A DNA stretch of 64,000 nt, taken from the NCBI RefSeq assembly GCF_000002075.1, contig NW_004797289.1, positions 1,426,613-1,490,612 on the forward strand. The letters run 5' to 3'. The notes beneath the pieces are model-generated. The model worked only from the letters and a program-made list of their open reading frames with translations. It made no database searches and was not told the origin of the DNA. Of this stretch, positions 1-11,463 are shown one piece after another (the first letter of the stretch is position 1; every line of letters starts with the position of its first letter). The translations under genes were made by a program, and so were the position numbers. This stretch comes from Aplysia californica. Its lineage: Eukaryota.

Positions 1-5
1 GATGA

Positions 6-54
<49 letters not shown>

Positions 55-60
55 GGATGA
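1..60. repeat. (GAT)n microsatellite
   Basis: Directly visible. Confidence 0.95.
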
Positions 61-1251
61 GTGCATCGTGGTGAATGAAGAATCTATACCTTGTTCCCAT
101 AGTCTTATTGTTTTTAATCACGTTCCCGAAGAAGCCCATGATACATACTGAGCTAACTGGGGTACATAACCAATCGGTATTTTTATAGAAGCACTCCCGT
201 TTCGCGTCACATCCACTACCGGAAGTCAGCTCCTTCACCACTTTAGTGCCATCGGATATACGAATAAGGTCAGTTTTTTAAAAGTTCAGGTTTAGTTTAA
301 GGATTTTTCTTTGATAATGCATGCTTTTATAGACATTAGGTGGGTTTCAGAGGGTCTCCCCCTGACGTGCGAGTACGTGAAATTAAATGCCGTTACATCT
401 AAACTAACAATTTGCGACGTTTTTCAAATTTTTCAATGCTAAAATCGTGTTCATGCCCTAAAAAACATATAAAAAGCTACAAAATAATACCCTTTATGAG
501 ACGGGAGGGTTTCTATAAATTTACCAAGAAATCAAACGTTACAATATTGTTTTTGATTTTGCAGCTTCGCAAAGTGTCTTCTCTCTTTCTTTTTTTTTTT
601 TTTTTTTTTTGGGGGGGGGGGTCACATGCACAGTCAATTATTAAACTCATAAAATCACACGGAAAATAGCAAATAGTTTCTGGACAAAGGGGGCATCTAA
701 ACATTCGAGTCTCATTATTATAAAACTGACCGTTGTACCAGGAGTCTTGTCCTTTGTTGGGTTTCTTCTGTCTAGTTTTGGTGCTACACCGAGAGCTCAT
801 GTCGATTGTCTACTCATTCACGTTTGAGCAACTGCCCGTCCGTCAGATAGATGTGCTGTATTCTACCCCTTCTAGCACTTACAAGCTTTTGTCGGGGTAA
901 AACGAAAAAGATGTCTAAATAAATGGATTTTTGGAACTCTTATTCAAGCAGGTGTTTATCTCTGTCATATCTACACCATGAAGAAACTTGAAGCAGTAAA
1001 AAAATATTTTCCCGTTCATCCTTCGCAACATCCAGTGCGTTCATTAGACTCACAACACATCCGAGAGCTGGATTTCCCGCATTATACAGTAGATCTACGT
1101 CCTGTAATTCGGTGCAAATTCCAGGGCCAGAAACATAATTTGGAACCATAGGCATCTTGCACTCAATTCTGATCACAAGGTTTTTGTTTTTTTAAAGTAG
1201 GCTATCATTGTATGCCTGTTTGGACGCTGAATTCCACCAAAGATCATATTT

Positions 1252-1770
1252 GGGGGCTCTCGTGGCCTAGAGGTTAAGGTGTTGGCCTCTCATTTAAAGG
1301 TCCCGGGTTCGAATCCGGGTAGTGACCGAAACATGTTCTTCTCTAAATTTGTCTCCTTTCACCTCCTTTCCTGCTCTCTAGCAATGTTCTGTCGTCTGCT
1401 TTCGTCTCCTCTTTCTGCCCCCACTCCCTCATCTCCTTTGCCCCCCTCCTCTGGGCTCCTGATTCTTTCTACAGCCTTTCTACTGCTACTCCTTGGCTTC
1501 TTACTGCTGTCTTTCAGCCACACCCCCTGATCTTAAGGTAGGGAAGACCTACACCTAGCCTTCTCCGACAAGGGCGAAAATTCTCGGAGGGCCCGTGTGC
1601 AAGTTGCGCTCGTTAAAGATTCCTTGGTGGTCTAAAATCGATAAGAGTAGGCTTCGGCCGCCACCCGGGCAAAATTCAAAATTTCCTACCAACTGAAAAA
1701 GTTTTATGTGTCCCGCGCGCTCCTATGACCTTATGCAGTTGCGAGCGCCGTAAAACACAAAAACAAAAAA
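1252..1770 (+). mobile_element. tRNA-derived SINE, Meta/MESC-like central domain (family S1)
   Basis: A box TGGCCTAGAGG, B box GGTTCGAATCC; central GGCCCGTGTG...CGTTAAAGA...AAGAGTAGG; A-rich tail; TSD AAAGATCATAT. Confidence 0.88.
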
Positions 1771-1922
1771 GATCATATCTTATACTACAACTACAAGACA
1801 GTTCTCTATTTGAGCAAATAAAAAAGGCTTAATCAAAATCGCTGGTGAACACGCCAGAGAATTCGCGTGGACTTGGCGAATAGCTGACGATGGAAATTGA
1901 AGTATAGGAAGTATGCATTATA

Positions 1923-2508
1923 CAGACTTCAGCATAAGTTAAGGACCACTTGCAAACACTCTGAGTGGTCTTCTTGGGTTGACCTGCACGTGGTCGTTCT
2001 TGGACTGATCCAGTGGCTTGATGGCGCTGCCTCAAGGGGACAATGACAGAGTGTGACACTGCAAGCCTTTTGGGAACTTCTCGGGCTCCAACTCCATCCT
2101 GCAGCCTTGCCATTGCTTTGGCACGACCAAAGTCTCTCAGCTTTCGTATTGGTGGCACGTTGATACGATACTGGATTTTGCGCAAAGGGCGCTTATATTG
2201 CCACCAAAGTGAGCACAATTCGAGACCGTACGTCCGTTTATGACGTGCACCATAAATTTAAACTGAGGAATCTCCGTGGTGTCTCACACAAGTCGACAAA
2301 AAACAGCAAATTTGGCTAAAATTTCCGGAGGATTTCTATGCAGCACGCGAAGGTTTTGCCTCTTTTAGAAGCATTGCAGTACGCATTGGCAACCCATTAA
2401 CACTTTCAGAGCAAACAAATTTTGAAACATTCCTTGCTGTCTTCTTTTCGGATTTTTTAAAAACCAGGGCTGTCTGTCAAGGTGGTCCTGTACTTGTTGT
2501 GAAGTCTG
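1923..2508 (-). mobile_element. Tc1-like internal-deletion derivative retaining the transposase HTH
   Basis: TIR CAGACTTCAGCATAAGTTAAGGACCAC; TA TSD; [28 protein letters not shown]...TGSVQERPRAGQPKKTT. Confidence 0.88.
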
Positions 2509-3066
2509 TAAGTATAACAGGGTGACATCGTCACTTGATACTGTGCTCTCAAGGCAGTTTCATGCAATACAATTGCAATTATTTAGTAGAATTCTGTCTT
2601 GAACTTACAATGAATGTAGCAACAAATAAAGTAGTCGTGGGCTTAATAAAATTATTTACAACATTGTTAGATCCCGATTTATTGACACCTCTTCTCACTG
2701 CTTTTTCCTATCGGTCGGGTCACTACAGTGAAAAGTGTGGTGGAGGACTTGAGCTTATATTCATTCCATTCAACGATGTATAGATCAGAAGTTAAAAAAT
2801 ATATCAGCAGGGCAAAAACCTAACGGTAGTACGCAATTGCAATAATTTAACTGTTTTTCAAACTAAAAATTATAACAGAAGTGCTACTTTACCTAAGATT
2901 CTAGAATCTTTTTACTTTACTGACCAATAAACGCAATGTCTTCAAAATAGCGATAGAAGCGCCATCTGGGAATTACCGCCAACACGAGCACTTTTTCTAG
3001 CGAAGTGAACAGTCTCGTTGTTTAGTATCTCTGCCTGTAGGCCCTACTCCATTCCGCATGGGAATC

Positions 3067-3067
<1 letters not shown>

Positions 3068-3129
<62 letters not shown>

Positions 3130-3150
3130 CATTATTATTGTCATCATTAT
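3068..3150. repeat. (TTA)n microsatellite
   Basis: Directly visible. Confidence 0.95.
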
Positions 3151-3329
3151 TTATTTTTAGGGGAGTTGTTTCTTTGTCTGTCTGTTTGTTTATTATTTGT
3201 TTGTTTGTTTTATTGAGTGCCTTTGACCGTCTGCTCTGATTCTGAATCCAATACCACATAATATTCTTTGCACCCACTCAACCCGGTTGACCCTGATGGG
3301 CATGGTCAAAGCAGCCCGTTCCGTTGACT

Positions 3330-6300
3330 CATCATCATCATCCAGTGCCAGATCTGCGACAGACATCTGCGATCATGGTTCTCCGTTCATTCCTTTGCTC
3401 GGATGCTCATAAAAAAGCTGCGTTTCACTGATGTTTTCCTGTTTCCCATTTGTTTAGGTTCCCTAAGTAGGTTGCTCTGGGCCTACCCCTGCCTCGTTTG
3501 CCTTCAATTTTGACAGTGAAAGCTAGATGTTCAAGACCCGTATGTCTATTCAGGTGTCCCAAAAGCTGCATTTGTGGTTTCCTGATTGTTTTTAACAGTG
3601 AGCCCCCCACGTGGGCTTCATCAAGCCCTACCAGTCCGGTATCTCAATTGATTTCTTTTCCTTCCACGATACTCTTAACAGTCTCCTAAGAAACCACATT
3701 TCTGTGGCTTCTATTTTATTTTCCCTGTCTTTAGTGATTGTCCAGCATTCGCAGCCATATAGAAGGGTTGACCATACAGAGCATTTCAGAACTTTCATTT
3801 TTGGTCGTCATTGAAATGTTTCTTTTTTTTCAGGATTGGGCTCATTTTATTGAAACTAGCCTTAGCCATAGTAATTCTCCGTTTTATTTCTGTGGAATAT
3901 TTGGCATCAGAGATGTTATCGTATATCCTAGATATTTAAACTCTTCGACTTGTTTGATCTTTTCACCTTTGCTAATGAGATTAGAAATTACAACTAGGAT
4001 TTGCTGGGGTTTTTTTTTATATTACCATGCTATCTGTTCTCTTTACATTCAACAGTAGTCCTTTGCGTTCACTTTCGGTTAATACAACAGTATCCAGAAG
4101 CAATTGAAGGTCCTTTTCTGGGTCTGCTATTAAAACTGTGTCATCGGCATATCTGATGTTATTAATATTTTCTCCATTTACTTTGAGACGTGGACATTCT
4201 TCCATGTTTCTAAGGATTTCTTCACTGTACATATGTTAAAGTGGTCTGCTGACATAACACTTCCTTCCCTCACTCCTCTTCTATTCTGCTTATATTCATT
4301 GTATTCTCCATTAATGGGTACAGCAGCGTATTGGTCCCAGTACAAATTCCTGATAATTCTTAGATATTTTCATTCCAACATTTTAAATAGCTCATCATAT
4401 CTAACTTTACCGAACGCCTTTAAATAATCTATAAAACATAAATGCAGATCTTTCTATGCGTCAATGCATCTTTCCATTAACATTGTTACGGTGAATATAG
4501 CATTTCTGGTGCCTGTGTCAGGAACAAAGCCGAATTGTGTTTTAGATATCTCTGGTCTTACACTTCTTCTCAATCTTCCAATTAGTGCTCGCAGCAACAT
4601 TTTTGTAAAATGACCCAAAAGGCTAATTGTTCTATGCATATCACACTCAGTGGCACCTGGAGTTTTAGGTAAAGCTATAACAACTGACTTCATCATATCT
4701 TCTGGGATCTCACCGCTGTCATAAATCGCATTTAGGAGCTTTGTTGTTATTTCAGTGCTTGTTCTTCAAGTGCGACAATCACTTCAACTGGGATATTATC
4801 TGGCCCTGTGGCTTTTTTTTCTTTTCATTTTCCTAATGGCAGCTTGTACTTCTGGTTTCAGTATTGATGGTCCATTCATTTCATTCTTTATTACCGGTTT
4901 TTCTCCTCTATTATCTTTGAAAAGTTCTATATATTCTGACCATCTGTTTAAGACATCACCATTGTCCATTAAAATATCTCCTCCTTTTAATCTTATGCAT
5001 CCTGTATTTGAGCAGACTTTTATCCCACTAACTTCTTTGATTTTGGAATGCATGTATTTGCTGTCTTAGTTTTGGTTTTTCTCTATTTGTTGACACTGAT
5101 CATTTATCCATGTTTCTTTTGATTCGTTGCATTTTGTCTTTAATTCCCTTTTAAAGATGTTGTACTTTTCCATATTTGATTTTTCATCCTTTTTTAATTT
5201 TCTATTTTAGCTTTCGGGGGAGATTTTCTTCAAGAGCTTCCATTATTGAGCCTTTCAATTTCCTCCATAGCTCTTCCGATTTAGTCATGTTTTCCAGAGG
5301 TTGAAATTAATTGCTTACATATATGGAGAAACGTTCTTTCAGTTCTAGATTTGTCTTTAAAAGATCTGTCAGATTTTGGTTGGTACTTTGACTTTTTAAG
5401 TTTCTTCGGTCTCATCTGCATTTTACACGTAACTGGTACATGGTCACTATCACAGTCTGCTCCCAGCAGAGATTTAGACAATTTAATTGCATTTCTAAAA
5501 CGTTTCTGAATAAGTATGAAATCTATATGATAATTTCTACTTCTATCGCAAGGACTCTTCCAAGTGTATCGTCTTCTTGGGTGATTTTCATAACAGGTGT
5601 TTGAGATCATAAAATCATTTTCTCTGCACCATTCTATCCGTCGTTCCCCGCGTTCATTCTCGTTACCCAGTCCCCATGGCCCAACTATATTATGATCATC
5701 TATACGTGTACATCTTACTTTGGCATTTAAGTCCCCCATGACTACTTTAACATCTTGTGATTTTAACTGTCTCATTGCCTTATCAATGTCTTCATAAAAT
5801 GTCTCAATTTCTTCGTTGTCATGCTCTTGTGTTGATGTAAAGATTTGGATGACACCTATGAGAAAAGGTTTTTCTTCTAATTTAGCCATGATTCCCCCAA
5901 AAAAACATTTGATGCTCTTTGCAGTTGCTTCGTCATATAAAATTCCGACTCCTCTTTTATGGGTTTTTCCTCCTGACCCGTAGGATTATGCGATTGTGCG
6001 GCCGCGTTTTTTTCGCTTAATTCTGCGACGTTTGCAGAATTTTGGATTCTCCTCATTTTTTCACGTTTCTTTCCTTTTTTTCCCATCTAAACAATTAACG
6101 CCCCGCCAAGTGAGTAAAGGGACGTAATCACAGTAAAAAGTCTCATTTAAGTGAAAAGTTGGTTATTTCCCTTGTTAGAAGATCTTGGTATGGGTTGTGA
6201 TTTTGTTCCTTGAGCATGTTCAATTTTTCAATCCATCAAAAGTTGTTGTTCTCATGTCTGCTGATGTTTCATGTTTGACTGGTGTCTCTGGTTTTAGTAA

Positions 6301-6745
6301 TGTGCAGGCATCTGAGGTCCAGATGTCCCTTTTTTAAAAACATTTTTCTTTCCTCTATATATATATCTAGATCTACAGCTGAAAGTTACAGAGATTTAAA
6401 TATTTTTGTTGTTGTTTTTTTTTTTTAAACTGATGTGTATTGTTTTCTTTTCCAAATACACAGCAAATTACTGATACTGAAATGTTCTGTTTTCAATTTT
6501 TCTGTACATAAAACATGAAAATCGTGAAACTTCATGTTAAAAAAGTGCAAAACATGTCGCGAATGGTGTTACGGTAACTTGCATAATTTTTTTAATGATT
6601 TTGCTTTTTTGGGGGGGCATAATTTGGCCTTCAAAGTGTGCATAATTCTACGGGGACAGATCTATATAATTGTTTTGGATCCTCTTTTAAAATAGTCTGC
6701 CCCTTCCCATCTAATTTCTGAAAGTGAAAGGCCTAACATAAAATT
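3330..6745 (-). mobile_element. Degenerate RTE-clade LINE (APE endonuclease plus RT)
   Basis: LSEIRWEG, MGDLNAKV, IDFILIQKRFRN and DSDHVPV (endonuclease); RTISLL, QFGF and NIRYADDTVL (RT); GRGRPR at the C-terminus; (GAT)n tail near 3330; many frameshifts. Confidence 0.9.
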
Positions 6746-7531
6746 CTGTCCCAGTAGGATTATGCGATTGTGCGGCCGCGGCGAGGCCGCGTTTTTTCGC
6801 ATAATTCTGCAATATTTCCATAATTTTGGATTCGCCGCGGTTTTTTTTTTTCCTTTTTTTTTCACAAAACAATTAATAACGCCTCGTCATGTGACTAAAG
6901 GGAAATAATCACCGTAATAAGTCTCATTTAAGTGACAAGTTGGTTATTTCCCTTGTTAGAAGATCTTGATTACATTATGGGTTGGGATTTTGTTCCTTGA
7001 GCATGTTCAATTTTTCAATCAATCAAAAGTTTTTGTTCTCATGTCTGCTGATGTTTCATGTTTGACAGGTGTCCCTGGTTTTAGTAATGGGCCAGCATCA
7101 GAAAAACTTGAGTCTTCTGCATGCAATAGCAGTGCACCTAACCCTACACAACACAGATGCCAGCAGACTGAATTGAGGATCGCTTAATAATATTATTATT
7201 TCTTCACTTGAGTGTCGAAACAGCTTAAAATGTATTAGGCCAGAGGTTGTCGTTTTAACATAGCGGCTAGCGAGTACAATGACGGGCAAGAGGTTACGAG
7301 CAAGTGATCGTGTAAACGTACACACTTATCGAGACAATATTGACCATTCAGGAGGCTGGCTGCTTCAACCGCATTTGTCACGGCCAATCCAGACTGCGAG
7401 GACAACAGACAGAAAAACAGATACTCAAGAAAATTTACCTTTCCACTACGAGGAATCAAGCTCACATCTCCTGCCTGTGCTCATGGGTAAGAGCAATAAC
7501 TTCGGATGAAGCAGCACAGGATTCAATCAAC

Positions 7532-7535
<4 letters not shown>

Positions 7536-7579
<44 letters not shown>

Positions 7580-7612
7580 AGAGGGATAGAGAAAGAGAGA
7601 GAAAGAGAGAGA
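7536..7612. repeat. (AG)n microsatellite
   Basis: Directly visible. Confidence 0.95.
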
Positions 7613-8309
7613 AGTTGCTGCCGGATTAAGCGATTCCAAAAATCTCACGGGCCAGAGCCGAAGAACATTGGGCGGAATCAGTTGAAATACCCAAGCTCTC
7701 AAAAGTGAAGAGTGAGGCTGAAACTGAAACTGTATAACGCAAGTCACCCAAGGGTGTTTCAGATAATTTCATGGGATAACATAGTAGTCCTGTGGCTTCC
7801 ATCTGGGCCAAAAGCTACTGATTTAAATTTTCAAAATGACAGTTTTGCTTGTACTTGTATCAATTGTAACCTCACCACAGGCCACATTATTTAATTATTG
7901 GGTTAACTCAAAAGACCAGGCAAACTGCTCGTGGGCCAGATGTGGCCGTAGTTTGCCAATACCCGGTGTAGAAGATTTGGGTTTGAGTAAAGAGAAGCAT
8001 CCAATCACTTGGTGAAGGAGAAAAAAAAAAGATATACAGATATACAGACAGAAACAATAGAGGGAAATAAAAGAGTAGGACTAACTATGGCGACCCCAAC
8101 CACCTGATGGGTATAGGAGAACCTCTAGGTGAGGTGAGACTCCCTAACAGTTGATGGCAAAGTTCAACTACAAGTGTCAGCATCCTGTACTCCAGGTCAA
8201 ACAAACCCTCATAGAGAAACCAAAATCTGAACAACATTTGAAAATGTGTGGATTCAAAATGATGTTCAACCAAGAGGAAAAAACCCAGTAAAAATCATGC
8301 TCAAATCCC

Positions 8310-8506
8310 AGCCGTCAGGGCGCTGCACAGTGGCGACCGACAGTGGCATTGTTTGTAAACTGTTCTGTATTTGTGTAATAGTGTGTATTTATGTATGTAT
8401 TTATGTATGTATGTATTTATGTATGTACGTATTTATAATTATGTATTTATGTATGTATGTTTGCCATTGTAAAACAAAGTGCCCTTCTGGGACAAATTAA
8501 AGTGTA

Positions 8507-8556
<50 letters not shown>
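8310..8556 (+). repeat. LINE-like 3' end (Rex/L2-type tail) with (TATG)n and (TTA)n microsatellites
   Basis: CCCTTCTGGGACAAATTAAAGT followed by (TTA)n. Confidence 0.45.
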
Positions 8557-8557
<1 letters not shown>

Positions 8558-9051
8558 GTCTTGACATTTACTTTAGCCGCATACAGTAGAAACTACACAC
8601 AAAATTTCATATTTGTTAGAAAAAACTATTTATTCCCTCTCTTCAGCCACCCGCATATTAGTTCTTAGACAACATAATGCTTTTTTTTCAAGCATTTAGT
8701 TCCTAGCCGGGTTCCTGTGAATACAGATGATGGACTGTTACTGATCATACTAACTTTGAGTACACATTCCTTGTTATTCTCAGAGACAGAGAAAGGTCAA
8801 AACCTTATGAACTCCTGTGTATGCAGAATGTAGGATAAAGCACAACTTTGACGTTAATAATGAGTACCCAAGAAAATTTGGTCTGATTCATCAGGTTCAG
8901 AGTGAAATATCCAATAATTTATCCCAACCAAAATTGCAGAAACTACTTGCAAAAAATAACAGAGTACCTCCTAAAACTGTTTAATTTAGCCACTGAATAA
9001 AAGAACCTCTAACAAGCAAGGAAAAATTGTTATCTAGAGGCAAATCAGTTA

Positions 9052-9384
9052 CAGTAGTCTCCGCCTAAACACACGCCATACAAAAGTACGCTCCACTCAA
9101 ACGCACGCTTTCGTCATCTGACGGGTTTTTTACTATATAATTTAGACGTACAAACGTACAGTCACTCCCTCTAAACGCACGCTCAGATCAGCGAAACACG
9201 CTGACAGGAAAAGCTTGACTAAGGAAAATTTTCACTACGACAAGCCTAGAAAACCTGATATTTGGTGAGACTGCCCCTTACGCCAAACAAAGAGAGTATT
9301 GGACAGCGCTTTCACACCCAACTTACCACCGACACATAGGTCTAGGACTGGTCGGTGAAATGTTGGGGGGTTGGGGGACTACTG
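9052..9384. mobile_element. Tc1/pogo-type MITE
   Basis: TA-CAGTAGTC ... GACTACTG-TA. Confidence 0.6.
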
Positions 9385-11136
9385 TATACAAAAGGACAAG
9401 AAACTTGTAGACCGGACCAGAAGTATAGTGTGGGCGAGGGGAATGAGACGACATAGAAGGGAAGGACTAAAGCATGTCTAAACAAATTACTGCATCATTA
9501 AATAGCTCATTTTAAAGCTATCCACCCCACCCATAAAATAATACAAGATAAGATCCCGTTCGAGATAAAATCTAAAAATGGAACTCAAGACGAAACACCA
9601 TGTGTTTTATGCCTTGGTACACATTTATTCACAAATTCAGATAGGACTTGACAAACACTACAAGAACAAAGAATAAAATCATCAGTGAGACTGCACCACA
9701 GAGAATGCACTCACTCAAAGCACCCAATGACCCCAACGGGGGATCCCCCTCCCCCATACACACATCAGTATCTTCATTAACATAGTCACGGTAACATCTT
9801 GAAAATAAGAACAGATCCAGTTGAAATGTGACACCTTAAGTCTTAAGGATTTGAAACTATTTCCTTAACCAGTCAAAACAAAAAAAAGATACAAAAGAGA
9901 GAATAAAGAGAAATCAAATGCTACTGTAAAGGGAAGTTTCTGCTAAACGATGAACGACTGTTGTCATGAAACACATGACTCATTGTACAAAAGTTTCTGT
10001 ACTCTCTGACTGTGATAAAGCAAATTCTCAGACAATCTTCGACCAGGCACTCACCAAATTCTATTTATGTGAAGAAAAATCAATGTCAACATTTTTTGTC
10101 AGATAATTACAGCATATACAACATGATCAATGAATGAGGGTTTTTGATTACCAACTCTCCTCACAAGTACAGAATATACACATTCTACAAAAAAAAAAAT
10201 ACACAGCAATATGCAAAGCTCTGTTCTTTCAACAGAACACATTATAAGACCAGTAAGTTGGAAATTTTCTCCAGAAATCACAGTTCCACCAGACACGCAG
10301 CAAGCACAAATATTCTATCATTTGTTCAAAACACATTATATTTCACAGAATTTAATATATAATATGCCTCATCACCAAACGTTCAGTTGTACTAGTCTCA
10401 AACTCATTATTTCTCATACTTTCTGTCTGTTGAGTCTCGGTGACAGCAAAGATCAATAAATACCCACTCACACTTAGAACTTGGCATCTGGGAGCAGGAG
10501 GGTAAAGCTTAATAGAGCAATCTTCCAAACACAACCGAAACCTCCCTCCAGCACATGACTTATCTTTCCATTCGCTGCCAGTCCTATCCGCAACAAGTTC
10601 GGTTCTGCATTTTAAGGGTGTACAGGAGCCCAATACCCCCCCCCCCCTCCCAAGCCTCGTAATGAGTGTGAAGTCTGCCCTATGGCAAGCCCGAAGACGA
10701 ATGAATTTCATGAACTGTGTTCCTCAGCTCAACACTAAATGTTGGAGAAACAATAGCAGTGGGATTTGGGTGAAACACATAAACACTTACTGGACTATAT
10801 CCAAAAACGCAAAATTAATGTCATGTACAGGAATTTCACTGCTCCAAGTAAAAAGAAGCACACCAACACATCAATAATCGTTCGGCGCAGTAGAGAGAAA
10901 AAAAGAAGAGACAGACGTAACAGAAGGATACCAAAGAAGAAGTAGGGCCTGTCAGTGAGGCACTGTCCAACAACCTGCCATCACATTCATAAACTGGCAA
11001 GAAACGAACAAAACCCAGTAAATCAAAGACCTCAGAAATTTTCAAAAGATTCTTTAACAAGGCACCCCAAAGGCAGATCAACGGCCAGTCCACAAACCAC
11101 GATAATACTACTCTGCAGAGGCTTTCGATTCCTGTA

Positions 11137-11463
11137 CTACGATGTGTTCTCCTCCTCTTCTTCCTGTTCCTTTTCCTGCGATTCCATCATCGTCGCTTCC
11201 TCTGGCAAAGGCGGTGGCATCTCCTCCTCCCCTTCTTCTTCTTCTTCCTGAGACATTGGCATGGCAGCCGCAGCACCAAAGTCAGCTTTGCTCATATCTC
11301 CGGCAACAGAAGAGTTAGAGCTCTCGTCATCCCGGCTCATTCCAGGCACCAGATTTTCAGGTCCTGGCATCATCTCTGCCATAGATGGGCCTGGCTTATG
11401 AGGCATGGGCTCTCTCGGCACAGACTCATACATGATCTCTAATACACGTGAGTCTCCTCTTTC
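11137..11463 (-). CDS. SENP6/7: SENP6/7 terminal coding exon (acidic, Met/Pro/Glu-rich tail)
   Basis: TTGCAG|GAA acceptor in phase 0; open to TAG at 11137-11139. Confidence 0.82.
   Translation of the reverse strand, partial: ERGDSRVLEIMYESVPREPMPHKPGPSMAEMMPGPENLVPGMSRDDESSNSSVAGDMSKADFGAAAAMPMSQEEEEEGEEEMPPPLPEEATMMESQEKEQEEEEENTS

Noticed and set aside
1252-1330. tRNA genes at SINE heads (also 25638, 50673, about 29510)
   Set aside because: A/B boxes are present, but each runs into a multi-copy SINE body with a tail, and with TSDs where visible; I see no convincing acceptor stem.
3018-3277. Poly-Leu and poly-Asn ORFs
   Set aside because: They are translations of a (TTA)n microsatellite.
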